A program made the translations under genes and the position numbers. The notes beneath the pieces are model-generated. The model worked only from the letters and a program-made list of their open reading frames with translations. It was not told the DNA's origin and did no database searches. Of a DNA stretch of 64,000 nt, positions 27,528 through 42,145 are shown piece after piece. This DNA comes from Podarcis vaucheri. Taxonomy: Eukaryota. Location: the NCBI GenBank assembly GCA_965113315.1, contig OZ220368.1, one strand, 5' to 3'. How positions within the stretch are numbered: the first letter of the stretch is position 1; each line of letters starts with the position of its first letter.

Positions 27528-28697
27528 CTAAAAGTAAAGATTGAAAATACTGAAAAAAATTGCAAAATGCGTGCAGATGAGCACCCCATCACCCCTTCAT
27601 TATTGTGGAACATGAAGATTAATGCCACATGCAGACATGGATGTTGATAATTAATTTTCTCTTAAGTGGTGCAATGAATATTGCAACAGTCCCGTGTTCA
27701 TGAAAATGTCCTGTTGGTTCAGAAATGGTACCCTAAAAAGATTCACGTGGGGATGGGGGAGGATGAAGTCAGGCTGGCTTTGCTGGCAGTTTCTGACTGA
27801 TCCCCCAAGTGCTACTGAATTATGAATCCTGAAGTTAAATGTGGCTGGGCACTTGCCCAAATCTTCCTTATTTCCACCATTATGCCCAAGGAGCTTAGGA
27901 TTTTACACCACTTGTCTTGGACAGGAAGGAAGATCGTGAACCAGAGAATCATGGTTAACAGGAAAGAATCATGGTGCCATAGAGGATAATGGAATCTGTG
28001 TGAGTGGCAATAATCACTCCAAATAACCTATTTAGGTCATCTATTTCCCCCCTAACAAATAAAGCTGAAAATGCTTCCAAATGTAGAGGACTGCAAGTAC
28101 ACTCTTTCTAAATGAAGTGTACTATTTTTCATTATAATGAGGCATCTACCTGTTGGTGTGCAAGGCTAGCAGTCTTGCCATACCTAGAATGATTGCTGGT
28201 ATCTATCCTGTACAGTATTACTTTGCCAAGTTCCCCCCCCCCCTTTGCTCTTTATACTAATAATCTCAGAGGCAATGACTAAATCCCCATTCATACTTCA
28301 TGCTAATGGTCTGGAACCTGCTTCCCTGTGAAGTTTTTTTACACTGCCTCAGTAAGTATTTGAACGCAGAAAACAGGCAGGGAAGGCTAATCCTTTCCAG
28401 AAGGGAAAGAATAAGGCAGAAAGGAATCATACAACTGGCCTTGCACACACCAAAATGATGTGAGGAAGATATACATAAACTGCTTTCACCACAACAAGCT
28501 AAGTGTCGCTCAGGAGGCGCCTGCCATCCCCATACAGTGGTACAAGACACGATGAACACAGAGGATGTAGGTGCTAAGGATGGGGAGAAACATTAATGAA
28601 AGAAAAACAAACAGAATGGTAAATATTGGCAATAGCCTTATTTTGGATGCAACTTTGCATTGCTTCTCTGCCTTTCCAAAAAGTGACCAGGAAGTCA

Positions 28698-28888
<191 letters not shown>

Positions 28889-29020
28889 NNNNNNNNNNNN
28901 NNNNNNNNNNNNNNNNNNNNNNNNNNNNNNNNNNNNNNNNNNNNNNNNNNNNNNNNNNNNNNNNNNNNNNNNNNNNNNNNNNNNNNNNNNNNNNNNNNNN
29001 NNNNNNNNNNNNNNNNNNNN
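28889..29020. other. Assembly gap (132 N)
   Basis: Run of n. Confidence 1.
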
Positions 29021-29661
29021 TTGGTTTCAAAACAAATTTGTATTTTAAAATAAATATGATGATCAAACATGACCAACCAGCCCCCACCAGCATTTGATAC
29101 AGCCCACCTAATATTAATTCAGATGACTTCTCTCATTCAGTACATAATAAGCATTTGAAACCAGAGCTACATATATCTCCCTCAGGCAAGTGCAGTTGTC
29201 TCAACTGAGATGTACTTTAATGTACTCTGATGTACTCTAATGTACTTTAATTAGGACCAAACTAGATGCAGTTAGTAACTGTATACTTGTGTGTGTTTTT
29301 TAAGCAAATACCATGGGTGGGTTGAGGGGAGAATCAACCCATTGTCCAGAAATATATCAGACACCCCACACCACATCCAATACTTGCATTGGGAAAGAAA
29401 CTTGCATTAGCTGCAATGGTACGTAGATAAGCATAATTAACTATATTTATGGGGCAGATGACTCTTTCTATCAGACAACCTTCACCAGAAAAATCCGAAT
29501 TTAACTTATTTGTATTTATACAATCAATAGTTATATAAACATAAGCTTCCCGACATTTCATGTGCTTTAAATGTGTGAATGTTTGAACAGGAAAGTGCAG
29601 GACAGTAGTAAACCATGTGAACATTTGTGAAAAATTTAGAAAGGGGAAGGGAGAGGACATA

Positions 29662-29912
29662 CAGTGGTACCTTGGTTTACAACCATAATCCGTTCCGGAG
29701 GTCCGTTTGTAAACCAAAACAGGTTGTAACCCAAGGTGCGCTTTTGCCAATGGGGCCTCAAAAAAAATTTTTAAAAAAATTGTTCGTAATCCAAAAAAGA
29801 TGGGTTGCATTCCCCAAAAAGGTTGCAAACCGGGACACGCACTTCCGGGTTTGACGTGTTTGTAATCCAAAACATATGCAAACCAAGATGTATGCAAACC
29901 AAGGTACCACTG
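29662..29912. mobile_element. Tc1/mariner (Tigger-like) MITE
   Basis: Perfect 17-bp TIRs cagtggtaccttggttt/aaaccaaggtaccactg with TA on both sides. Confidence 0.92.
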
Positions 29913-30566
29913 TATACCTCTCTTTACAAGTATCTGTCTGGAAATAAATGTGCCAAGCGAGAGATGGGGAAAAGAATATCTTCCTGCTCTGCTTCTATTC
30001 AAATTTGTTGTTACAAGAACTTTGTACCTTTAAAAATATATGCTTGTTTTAGCTTATTTCCCTTTATGTGACTTTTCTTTTAGATTACAAGTCTGAGGGC
30101 AGACTTGTCATTTAGCTTCCAGAAGTTTAGGGAGTCCTTTCAGCTCAGATAAAATGCTTTAAATATTATGTTGACCCCTTACCCTTCCAATGCTAGTCCT
30201 TCTTGCTCAAAACCATTAACATATTTTTAAAAGACAACTGGGCCAACTCAATAGTTGCTCAGCTATCACTTCAGAAAACATTGATTCTAAATTAATTAAC
30301 AGTGGAAGTTGGCTTCAAAGCAAAGCATATTTTGGTCTTTAGCCATTTTGTATATGAGCACATTCAAGAAAAGCCCAAAAGAAACAGGACATGTTTGTTC
30401 ACAATAGAAATTATTTTTTTACTTTTTCTGCCTTTAATATCTTTGCAAAGAAAGTAACCCTGCAGAAATAAAAAACTTAAAATAGCTAAACCCATGTCAA
30501 CTCCAAAGAAACACATGATTCCAACACCTCTGCAGTTCCAGCAGCGTGTGTTCAAAATATGTTGTT

Positions 30567-30638
30567 ATAATAATAATAATAATTTATTATTTATACCCCG
30601 CCCATCTGGCTGGGTTTCCCCAGCCACTCTGGGCGGCT
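30567..30638 (-). mobile_element. Short young L2-type LINE 3' end
   Basis: Minus strand reads agccgcccagagtggctggggaaacccagccagatgggcggggtataaataataaa(tta)n. Confidence 0.7.
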
Positions 30639-31134
30639 AAGTGTTCGCTCACACCAAAATACAGCAAATATACATTTTAATCTAGTTACTACAATTAGGC
30701 ATGTCAATGTGAAAAGAGGTCACTAATATGACCCAACCTATCATCATTTCCTAGTGTACAATTCTAAATGTGGTCCAGTAGGTATCATAAAATATGCTGC
30801 AACATAAACTGCAGTAGTGTGTCAAAAGGATAATGAATACACAACACTAATGGACAAAATAAGCAAAGCTAGAGGGCAAATGCCAAACATTATTACTAAA
30901 ACTAAAGTGGCCCCACTGCTCCAATTAGGAGCAATTCTTTAGCGCAGACGAGATTTGTCCTGAGAGTGCTCCTCATTCACATTCCTTGAGCCTCCAAGGA
31001 ACACCTTCAGCAAACAAAAAGACCACACTTGAGACCTGACATTCCCAATATTTCCAAAGTTAGAAAACCAAATAAACAGACCCAAGGAGAAACTTAAAAC
31101 TCTTATATAGTTTCAGTCTTTGAACTCTCTATAC

Positions 31135-31270
31135 CAGCCTCTCTCAACCTTCAGTTCTCAGATGCTGTTGGACTACAATTCTCATCATCCCTGACCACTG
31201 ATTCTGCTAGCTAGGGATGATGAGAGTTGTAGTCCAACAACATCTCAGGACCAATGGTTGAGAAAGGCTA
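31135..31270. mobile_element. Palindromic hAT-type element (136 bp)
   Basis: cagcct.tctcaacc / ggttgagaaaggct termini; TSD ctctatac/ctctatgc. Confidence 0.85.
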
Positions 31271-32029
31271 CTCTATGCAATTTTAGCCTTCTTTATTTAT
31301 TTTTAAATGTCACACAACTGAACATTACTGCAACCTCAAACTCATTTACAGTATTCAATCAAAAACTGAAGTTCAGTTTGCCACTGGGAAATCAGTAGTT
31401 CTTGGAAGTAACTATTGCTTCATATAGAAATCAGTGACTCTGAAGTTCAAACAATTATTTGGCTGCTGCTGGAGATGAAGTTTATAGAGTTCTATGAAGG
31501 CATGAAATACGTTGCTTGCAATCTAGGACAGTAATCATCCTGGATTTCACATCCATGTAAATAAAGTATATTTACTGAGAACAACCACCTTGAATTCACC
31601 ACCTCTGACATGTTTTACAAGATAAACAACCCTAACTTAATCATATCATACTCTGTTCTCAAGGCCCTTTTGTGTGTTGGACAACTTGCTGCAAAAACTT
31701 TTCAGCTCAAAAAGGTTCCTTTCCTTATTTTCACAGCAACTTGAAAATAGCTGTAACACTAGAGATACTCTATCAGTATTAATTCAATTCTAGAAACAGT
31801 TACATAACTAAATGTGTCTTTTTTCTTTTTGCTGCAATAGGTTAGTAATAGTTATGACCACTAGGTGACACCTGAGACACTTAAGTTAAAAGTTGCTTGG
31901 ACCTGCTCCAACGTAGATGCTCCAGGCTTAGTATGTACTGCAGGATGCACCTCTAAATAACTGCTTGCCTAACTGTTATGGATATTTTTCATTTTGTAGA
32001 ACCTGAGGACATGGACAAGATTCTTTGAA

Positions 32030-32735
32030 GGCTAGGGCCTACCACATACAATTTATTAAGATTGCCAGATAAAAACTAGCCAAGTAGGTCAGAAGAGTGG
32101 TAAATGTCTCTCTTGCATGGTCCAACATGGTCTTAAGGAAGTGGTAGTAAAACTTTTCTTGGAAAAAACTCTCATTGATCATTTCTAGCCAGTCTCCAAC
32201 ATTCCATTCCTGGTTAAGCTGACTGAGCATGTGATGACTTATCAACTCCAGGTTTCCTGGATGAGGTAGATTTTCTACATCCATTCAGTGGGTATCCATT
32301 TGCATAGCCTGGCCAGGATGGGACTTGGGGACATTGTTTTAATAGTGGCTCCAGTCTTTCCTGGAGGGTCTGTTCCAGAATACAATGCTGAAAATTACTG
32401 CTTGCAATTAGGCTATGGTAACTCAGAGTGTTCCATCTTGTCCTCTATGCTTTTCAACATCTGCACAAAATCACTGGGCGAGGCTGTTTGGAGATTTAAA
32501 TGTTGTACCACCAGCATGCTAATAACAAGACCAGACAGCTTTTCCTCTCCTTTCCATTCTCTCTGGCATGTTATTGTCATTATTTGTTCTGCTCTTTCAT
32601 TATATTTTATTCCACTTCTTTAATGTATTTAGTTCTAAAATATATGATAGTTTTACTCATGTTTTTGTACCAGTTGTTGGCAACTGCCTTAGGCATGATC
32701 CATAGAAAAGTAAGATAGAAATATTTAATACATAA
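32030..32735 (+). mobile_element. Degenerate L2 LINE RT fragment and tail
   Basis: PVSNIPFL and SILSSMLFNICTKSLGEAVWRF remnants of the RT domain. Confidence 0.7.
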
Positions 32736-33064
32736 ATAGTCCTAACTACATTGCTGTTTGGGAGAGACTTCCCATTACAAATCCTACTTCAACACTATGG
32801 GTAACACGTTAAGATTACCATACCTAAATTGCTACTGCTGCTGTTCCCACTTACAGTATTAATTTTTACATTGATAAGTGTGCCAACAAATAGTATTAGT
32901 ATTATCACCAAATATATGCCAATACCAAAAATGTTACACTCTCCTGATTTACTCCCATAGAAATAGAGAAGGAACACATGTATCAGAAATACCAAAAGAG
33001 ACATTTGGTTATGTTATAAGAATTTTCTATAATTACATCAGATATTGATTTTAGTGTAGTGCCT

Positions 33065-33255
33065 AAATTTTTTTAATCTTAATTTTTAAACTTTTCTTGT
33101 GAATGACTAATATCTGTCCTTCTGAGTTGAGAACTGTGTTGTACTGCTTGTGGCTTGTACGAGTCCGCTGTTTTATTTGATTTGATTTGTTTTGATTTGT
33201 TTTGTTGTGTTGTGTTATATGATGGGCGTAAAGCCGAATAAACATTTTGATGATG
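33065..33255 (+). mobile_element. Probable LINE 3' end (RTE-like) with (TTTGA/TTTGT)n run
   Basis: T-rich pentamer repeats, ggcgtaaagcc hairpin, aataaa, (tga)n tail. Confidence 0.4.
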
Positions 33256-34769
33256 TTTGGTTATGTTCTCTCTCAGCAGCTTCATGATAGGAAGACTTAG
33301 TTTCAGTTCTTACTGTATAAGAAACTAGAATACTAAAAATGACAAATGTGGTACCGATGGTTTAGAATGACTTTGCTTTTGCTTCAAAACAACAATAGCA
33401 CTGCTGTTATTTAAGCAAGATTAGTGCTTTGTAGAATACTGCAAAAATTCAAACGTAGAACTTTCTTTTTTACTGTAAAATGTATGAAGAATTTTACAGT
33501 ATTTTCCAAGAATGCTTTGTTCACTTTTTGTTGTGGTTACTTAGCCTACCAGAAATAATCACTGCTTACTTATACTTCATCTGAAAGTGCTTTAGTGGTT
33601 GTAGTTACATTATGAATACTACAATCACAAGAAGATAGTTATTGCAATCATACAAATATAGCAACCACACTCATTGTCTTCAATTGCCACCTCAAAAATT
33701 TGGGCAGTGCCACATGAGGCCCTAATTATTTTCTATTAATAGAAGACAGACTAGGAGATGAGTATGCAGAAAATAGGAAATCTCCATCAGGAGATACCAT
33801 TTTTCAACAAATGCTACAGCATCAGAGAAACTAATACCACAGCTGAACATGGAGTTTCTCCAAGGCATGGAGAAACTGTTTAACACAGTAAGCATCCAAT
33901 GATTAGCTGGTTAGGATTAAGCTGTAATATATTCTCTATGTATTCTGAGAACTTTGGTTGAAATAAACAAATAAAATGCATAAATATTACATTTGCTTAA
34001 GTATACCTGGGCTTTGACTCATTTACTTGAAATCATTATTACTAGGAAAAAGTTGCTTTTAGCGTGCTTACATAGTGATCAATAATTTAGAGCATGATAA
34101 TGTAGAAAAATTTCCTAGTTTCCCTGGAACTATTTAGCAATCTAAATATCAGCAATCTAAAATTATCTCTTGGATATTCTCTTGCTATATTTATTTACTA
34201 AGTAGCATTAGTTGTTAGTGGTGTTAGTTGTTGTTTCATTTTAGCAATACAGATACAAAAGTAGGAACTGGAGTAGCAATGTAGAAGGTATTTTGCCATC
34301 ACAGACAAAACACTTTCTGAGTAGGATATTTCATCAAATGGACTATCAGCAGCACTTTAGCACTCCAGCATTGTATTTCTCTCAAAACATACAGCTCCAG
34401 AACTTCCCAGCCCTGCCAAGTTTACTTGCAAAAGAGCTACGTAGCCTGCTGGCAAGGCACCCATGAAGGCCGTTGCCATTGGGGCTGGCAGAAGCACACT
34501 TTGGGAGACACTGCAATTTAATGTATTATAAAGATTGCAACAAGCAGAGTGGGGCAAATGGTAGACAGAGCAATATAACACCCCCTCCTCATGATAGCCT
34601 GTTCCACTGAAATTGCTAATTTCTGCTCTGCCCTAAGTCCATCTCCAGAGTTCTTGAACAACAGCCACATGATGCTGTTTTCATCCCCTTCAGTTACTTG
34701 GGTTTCTCCAAGTTAAAAGCCAGCAGAACACCTAGCAAGCAGCAAGTAAGTGGTGCTTAGCATAGGAGT

Positions 34770-35312
34770 CCTAGAACCATAGAATCTCAGAGTTGGAAGG
34801 GACCCAAGGGTCATCTAGTCCAACCCCCTGCAATGCAGGAATCTCAGCTAAAGCACCCACGACAGATGGCCATCCAACCTCTGCTTAAAAACCTCCAGGA
34901 AGGAGAGTCCACCACCTCTAGTGGGAGTCTGTTCCACTGCCAAACATCTCTTACTATCAGAAAGGTTTTTCGAATGCTTAGTCGGAATCTCCTTTCTTGC
35001 AACTTGAAGCCATTGTTTGGAGTCCTACCCTCCAGAGCAGGAGAAAACAAGCTTGTTCCCTCTTCCATGTGACAGCCCTTAAGGTATTTGAAGTTGGCTA
35101 TCACATCTTCTCTCAGTCTCCTCTTTTCCACACTAAACATACCCAGCTCCTTCAAGCGCTCCTCAAAAGGCTTAGTTTCCAGATCCCTGATCATTTTGGT
35201 TGCCCCTTCTCTGCACATGTGGGGCCCAGAAGTGGACACAGTATTCCAGGTGTGGCTGACCAAGGCAGAATAGAGTGGTACTATTATTTCCCTTGATCTG
35301 CACCTATACTTT
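34770..35312 (-). mobile_element. CR1 LINE 3' portion (ORF2 C-terminus and 3' UTR)
   Basis: ORF 34844..35380 contains LYSALV...[20 protein letters not shown]...KYLKG; catagaat tail. Confidence 0.92.
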
Positions 35313-35813
35313 TGTTGAGTGTGGGAACTGAGAAGAGAGGAGCAGGACTGGCTACCAGAGCCAAAGCGATGGAGAAACACCGGTTGGCCATGTCTGGAAG
35401 TAAGATGCTGAACTAGATAAGCTTTTGGCTTGATTCAGTAGACCTCTTCATACATAAAGAAAGAATAAACTATTCCCTTTGTTTAGGTTGGTCAAACCCT
35501 GGAAGTACGGGGGGCAGGGTGTCTATTCAATATAAGGGGCAAGAAAATTTGACTGACATTAGAGTCTGTTTAACCAGAATTCTGTTTACTTACAAAAATA
35601 GCACTCATTTAGATTTCACTTCTTAGTTTCAGATAAATCTTGGCTGCTGTAGAAACTAGAAATAAAACAGTAATCTCCATCTTCAGTAGACCCTACAGCC
35701 AATGCAGAACTATTACCATAAGTACAGATACTGAACCAAGGAAAGAGTAGAGCACCTAGTAATCTCCAATGGTTTCATATAAAACACTGCATCAAATCCA
35801 CGACTTCTATTAC

Positions 35814-35962
35814 CTGCTCTTTATTATTACTGTTCAATAAGCCAGGTTTCTTTTTCTTTTTAATAGGGCTTGATGATGCGTCCTCCGGGGAGTGGCCATT
35901 GGAAGAGTGTGGAGGACTTGGAAACTTCCTTTTTTGTGCTGTACGTTCAGCAGAGCCAGGAT
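35814..35962 (-). CDS. ZMYND8: ZMYND8 exon 3 (DPGSAERTAQKRKFPSPP...KKKKKPGLLNSNNKEQ, NLS-like)
   Basis: atag|AT CCT...CAG|gtaat; 149 nt; within ORF 35775..36002. Confidence 0.95.
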
Positions 35963-36701
35963 CTATAACAAAAATTATACCAACATTAAGCACCCCTAGC
36001 ATACCACTAATGTACTAGCACTTTTTAGTATTTCAATGAACAGGACATGATAATACAGGTAATAATGCAGTAAAGTGACAGAATGCCAGGAAGGCTCTCT
36101 GTGGACTCTCAGAACTACTTTTTCTTGTACAGTATTGTGAACAATTCCACCAATTTCCCCTTGCCACAAATTTAAAAGTATTTTATTTAAGATATAGCCA
36201 GCAAGTATCAAATACTACATGCAAGTAATTTCTATAGGTATAATCTAGCTCTCCACTTACTCAGCTACATGACTATCACCACCAAGCCATGAGGAAGCAG
36301 CCTAGACAAGAAAGTATGAAACTAAGGCCAAGCAGGCAAATATTACACACCTTGGAAAGTTCCAGAATGATTATTACCTAACATCACTCTTGGTCATTGG
36401 TCTTGTGAAATGGTTATACAGAACCTAAACAATACTGCTGGGCACAACTGTGAAAAGTCAACAGCTTAAGAACAGTAAATGCTGAGAGGATGATGTGATT
36501 TAATTCTACTGATTAAGCATAACTAGAAAGGGTTCCAGAAGGGTTCCAAAGCATGCCTTTGGAAAATAAATTTATTTTAATATTGCATACTATATAAATA
36601 CCCAGAGAAAAACACACCAAGTAGAAATTCAGTTTGGAATGTAGCTACCCAAATTTTTAATCTTCACATGACATTTTCCCTACCATTGTATTACTTATTT
36701 G

Positions 36702-37440
36702 TGGGTCATTCCACGCCAAATCACCTGATGCCACGTGCTCTCACAACTCAGATTTTCTTCAAAAAAAATTTTTTTTATGTAGATACCTATGAGATAACCT
36801 CAAATTATTTTTTTAAGATTTCCAAAATTGGGTGCAGGATAATTTTTTGAAGATTTCTATTTTCACGTGATTTAGGCCAATGAAATTTCTACGTCATTTT
36901 AGAAAAAACCTCCTGTTTTGCTTATTTTTCAACCGATTGGGCTTATTTTGGTATCACACATTCATGAGAATAGTTAAAATTGTACCCTCTTATGTTACAA
37001 TGTCATCTGATATATTTTTAAAATTAAGTTATATTGATTATTGAATAAAAATAAAACACTTCTGCAATGATACGGTGAAAGCTATTTTGTTTCCCATACA
37101 TCTAATATTCAATGATGCTGTTTTGACCACTGTATGCAACATGACCTTTCTGAATCAGCAAGAAAAAAAATGTATTTATGTATTTGCTGTACTTTTTTAA
37201 AAATTAGCATGAAAATTAACATACTTTGGGTTTAAGAAATTTGACAGCATACAAAATGTACTGTCAAGTGACAGGGTTACAAAATGTACTTTCTGTGGTA
37301 GAATTTTTTTTTATGTCACTTCACATTTGTATTCAAATATGTCCTAGAAAGTTGTGTGTTATCAAATGTAATCAAAGTTCCTATAACCACACACTAAGAG
37401 CAATCACAGCACAAATATATTGGATCAAAAGCAAAACATG
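36702..37440. mobile_element. AT-rich probable DNA-transposon terminal fragment
   Basis: Starts gggtcattccacgccaaatc with a compositional shift; no matching second terminus seen. Confidence 0.35.
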
Positions 37441-38799
37441 ATGAGCATGAAAGTTGCCTTCTACCAAATCATATCATAGGCCCAGCTCGCTTGTTATTTT
37501 GAATACCAGGATTTACTAATCAATTTCAACCAATGGACACATTTTGAATTTAGAGAAACTGCTATGGGCACTATCACAAAATGGTGGCCATGGGGGCATG
37601 ACATAACACAAAATTAAAGTACAGCTGTTGTTGTATTCCCCATTGTCCCCTGGACAAGCTCATGCTTGCCTTGGGAAGTCACCTATGTCCTGTTGGTCCT
37701 GATTGTGGAGTTCACACACTATTGATTCTTTTCCCACACACTGATGCTATTGCAGTCTAAAACAGAGAGCACTCCCCAGTACCAAGAAAAAATATACAAG
37801 GTGGCAACACCACACTCTAGTGCACGCATGAGAATAGAGTCATTGCTCCTTGCACCCAGATTATCTAGCTCAGAACCAGCCAGGCAAATCTCCTTGATAG
37901 TACTATGTTGACTAACTATATAACTGCAAGGAAGCAGCAAAATATCTGAATCCACTATGGAAATGAGGTTATAACAACCAGATTCAAAAAACTAGTATAA
38001 TGTGACTGTGCACTGCGGCAATGTTCACAGTCAGCCTTTGTGATGATGGCAGGACTAGCTACGTTATTTTTAGAGAAATATCTCACTTCCACATCCTTCC
38101 TAATGTGCAAAAAGGAACATTCTCAGTTCTCCACTCAAGCCACTTGTAAATATATTGACATTTTTGCCTTTCCAGTTTAGGAGCCTGAAAAAGTCAAGAA
38201 CACAAGAAAAAAATAGTCTTGTTGAAGATCCCTTGGCAGAACTGCTAAAATAAAGTTCAGCTTGCCAACACAGCTTGGAGCTAATTACATTATATTAGTA
38301 ACAGTCACTTTCCCATTAAAATCCTACCAAATTATGTATCCTAATTCAATTGCTTAGTAAGGGAGAACATTTTCCACACCCTCATAATTATGCCCTCTTA
38401 AATATTTCTTATTTACATTATACTCTACTCAACCAACAGGCTTTAGGCAGCTTACAGTGTCAATAAAAATATTAAAAAGCCATTAAACCAACCCATATTG
38501 TGTTCACAGTCAAAAATCATAGAACACAAACACCAAATTCATCAATACAAAATCTGTCTAAAGGAGACAAGGACTATGAATACTTCCAATGGTCATGTTT
38601 GCATGTAATGCATTGCTAAACCATAGTTCATGATCTATGGATGAGCCTTAAAAAACTCCAGCAAAATGCTGAGCATGCAAGCTCCTGTCTCCTCTTCCTC
38701 TGGCATGGCTAGGAATGTGACTTCAGCTAAGTTTAGTTTCACTTTCACAGAACCCCAGTTTACTGTTATATTTGCACCAAGGATCATGGTCTAAAACAA

Positions 38800-39310
38800 A
38801 ACATAAGCATATAAGAGCCTGATGGATCAGGTCAATGGCACATCCAGTTCAGCATCCTGTTCTCCCAGTGGTCAACCAGATGTTTGTGGGAAACCTGCAA
38901 GCTGGATTCCAGCACAAGAGCACTCTCCCCTCCAGCAACTTGTTTTCAAGAGCATTGGTTCCTTCAACTGTGGAGGTAGAGCATAGGCATAATGGCTAGA
39001 AGCCATTGATAGTCCTCTCCTCCATGAATTTGTCCAAAACTCTTTTAAAGCCATCTAGGTTGGTGGCCATCACTGCCTCCTGTGGGAGTGAGTTCCATAG
39101 TCTAACTGTGTGAAGAAATATTTAATTTTATCTGTTCTGAATCTTCCAACATTGAGTTTCATTGTGTGTCCATGAGTTCTAGTATTTATTGGGGGGGGGG
39201 GAGTTCTCTATCCACTTTCTCCATGGAATACATAATTTTATAAATTTCTCTCTCTTACCTTTTCTCTAAACTAAACAGTCTCAAATGCTGCAACCTTTCC
39301 TCATAAGGAT
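38800..39310 (-). mobile_element. CR1 LINE 3' fragment (second, older subfamily)
   Basis: aacataag tail, ctgatggatcagg, ccatgaatttgtccaa..cttttaaagcca, cctttcctcataagg. Confidence 0.8.
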
Positions 39311-40749
39311 TCTGTAACACTGGAAAGAGGATAGGGAAAGGGGGAGCATGCAAGCCCAATGCTTTGCACATGCAGACTCGTTCATGTAGCCTTAACTGTT
39401 ACACCATGACTTACTCTTACGTGTGACAATAATGCTTCTGAATCAGTTTGTCCCGAGCACACCCAACCAAAGCGAACAAATGGCTGGTAGTTAAATTCTG
39501 TAATGACAAAGCCACACATTTAAAGTGGGACCACACCCCCACCGTGTGCTTAAGTACCCTCATATTATGGAGGGTGGACAAGGAACCAGCCACTTCTCCT
39601 ACACAAGGAAGTTGCTGCTGCATTTGCCTCTTCCATCTGCTCCAGGTACCAGGAAACAGTGGGGTAGTGGATGGTGGGAATCTGATCAGCCTGTTCCTTG
39701 CCTGAACAGTCTCTTCCTCCACTTCAGTCAGTCCCCGTAGCATGCCTCCACATGGCCTACTCCACCCTTCTCTGATCCCTCTCGGCCTCTCCTCTGTAAA
39801 GGCGGCAGTAGCAGCAGCTCAGCGGCCACTCAGTACAAGGGAGAAGCTCCCCCATTGTGCCTGTCCTACCACACGGTTCTCCTGGGCCTCCAGGTTCTAT
39901 CAGGCCACCAGTTGGGTCTGTCTCCATCCCAGGATGAGAGGCGCCCAGGGAGACACATTTCTCCACGAATTCTCCGGTTCCCTCACTCCCATTGGGCTCC
40001 TCTCTGCCTGCAGCAACAGCTGCAACAACGGCTTTGGAGGTGCAAGGACCAGCCAGACGCTCCCGCTGGTATTGTATTTGTCCTAGCAGCTTGCCGATCC
40101 TGTGGCGGTTGCCATCTTGCCTTGCCAGAAGTCCAGATGCAATTGATTTTCATCCAACACTGTCAGCCCACTTGCAGATTTGTCTTCTGCTCATGGAATG
40201 GGACTTCCCTTTCCTCTTATTTGTGCTTTAGCCACAAACCCCCTCCCCACCCATGGTGACAGAGAACAACAACAACAACAACACTTGGACATTTTGCCAA
40301 ATTTTAAAAATCCACCTGGACAGAAATGTTAAGTCTAAAAAAGCTGGTGTGTCTGGGGGAAAATGGACATATGGCAGCCCACCTTTCAGAAAAGGGTCTG
40401 TGCTTTTTTACCCAAAATAATTACCCAAATGACAAAAATAAAATGCAACTTTATGTAGTGTCACAACTTATTTATAAACAGCCATCATTCATGATCTTGG
40501 ATTCCAGCAAAATATTCTGCATAAAGGAAAATGTAAAAAATATATTTAAAAAAAAAGAAAAATGAATAACTCAGGAGAAAAAAATATGAGAGAATTCAAT
40601 GTATACTTTGCATTTGTTGTGGCCTATAATTAGAGATTTGCTGCTTTGGAACTATTCAAATTCAGAGGAGATGGGAACTCATTTAATTTTCACATTATCA
40701 AAGGCATAACTGAGCTGTGTTGACATGACATGATGTACTAACCAAGAAT

Positions 40750-40945
40750 GAGCAGCAAAGTCTCCAGTTCAAATCTTACCTCATCAATAAATTCATAAGG
40801 TAGTAGACAAGCCACTGGGTATCTTAGTCACAGCACCCACAAAAATAATAATTCTGGCTTGCCTTTCGGTGTTGTTGTGAAAAACATATCCTCTCAGTAT
40901 GTAAAGCACTTTGAACAACAAGGAAAAGTGCTAAATAGATGCTTA
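40750..40945 (+). mobile_element. Old MIR/CORE-like SINE
   Basis: gttcaaatc B-box-like start; gttgttgtga..gtaaagcactttg L2-like tail. Confidence 0.45.
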
Positions 40946-42145
40946 TTGATGCAAGTATAATGTCCAAATTTGCCAAAAGAAGAGGCTTTAGGTGCCCCTT
41001 TCTCCAATTATTTGCAAATACAGTGTAACAACAGTAAGTGCTTCACAGTGCAACTAGCAAAACTAAAATTGCATCTCTTTGCACAAAGGGTGAACAAGTC
41101 ACAGAAAGAGCAAGACTAAAAAGGGATTAATACTGCTGTCTATTTCCTCGATTCCAAGTCATGGAGCCATACTCTCCAATGCCAGAAAGGAGAAACTGAG
41201 AGTGTGAGTCTGGCTGGCTATGACTAGGTATAACTAAGAGGGATCCCAAATGGAAGTCTTCTCCCCAATATCCCACAGAGGCACAGAAGAACTGTTATAT
41301 TAGGTGTATTAGTATACACCACCACCATAGTATATAGTGCTTAAGGGGATAATGTGTGCCCTAAGGAACTCATACACAATCTAAATTTAGATCGTGGGGG
41401 GCAGGGGTGGGGACAACAAGGGATGAATGGGGGCAAATGCAGGTAGAAACCTATAGGTATTCTTGGAGGTAGTTATACCTAAGAGGCAGCAAGGGAGACT
41501 GGGTAGAGCTTTTACAAGAAAGAGAGACTTTAAGGCAACTCAGGATGGTAGAGCTGGAGAAGTGATGGTCATTGACAGAAATATTGGGTTATGAAAACAA
41601 AGCTTTGTGACGGGAGCTTTAAAAAAGCAAGTAGTTTGTACTGGATGTAGAAGGGAAAGGGAATTCGCCAGCATAAGAATTTGAGAAAAGTTGTCACATG
41701 GCCTGAACACTGAGAAAGATGAATGATTTTGCCAGATTTGTGTTAGATAAGATGAAAAACAACTCAATGTGAGTCATAGCAGAATATGACCAGAGCATAA
41801 CACAGAGCTTTAGCTGAGCAGAAGGTTTGGGAGAAAGAGCATGGTGGCAATATAATGAATATGGGAAACAATGATAAAACTACAGTACTTAAAGAGTGGA
41901 TGGTGACCTTGTTAATGATGTCCATTCACTGAGATACAGGACAAAATAAGATTAATGACCTAATAAATATTAAGTGTCTGGGCAGGAACCAAAAGAATGG
42001 CACTTGTAAAATAGTTATGCCACAGTACTCACAGGAGCAGGAGCATAGGTCAAATCAATGTCAAGGGTTCCAAGTCACCAGATGAAGCAACGTTAGCCAG
42101 TATTCACTTTATGCTCTGAGGAACAGAAACACTGTATTAACTCAC

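Noticed and set aside
29334-30002. 222-aa minus-strand ORF, the longest in the track
   Set aside because: Runs through a mariner MITE and AT-rich intron; no domain-like content or fitting splice phases.
34844-35380. 178-aa ORF as a host gene
   Set aside because: It is the CR1 ORF2 C-terminus of a 5'-truncated insertion.
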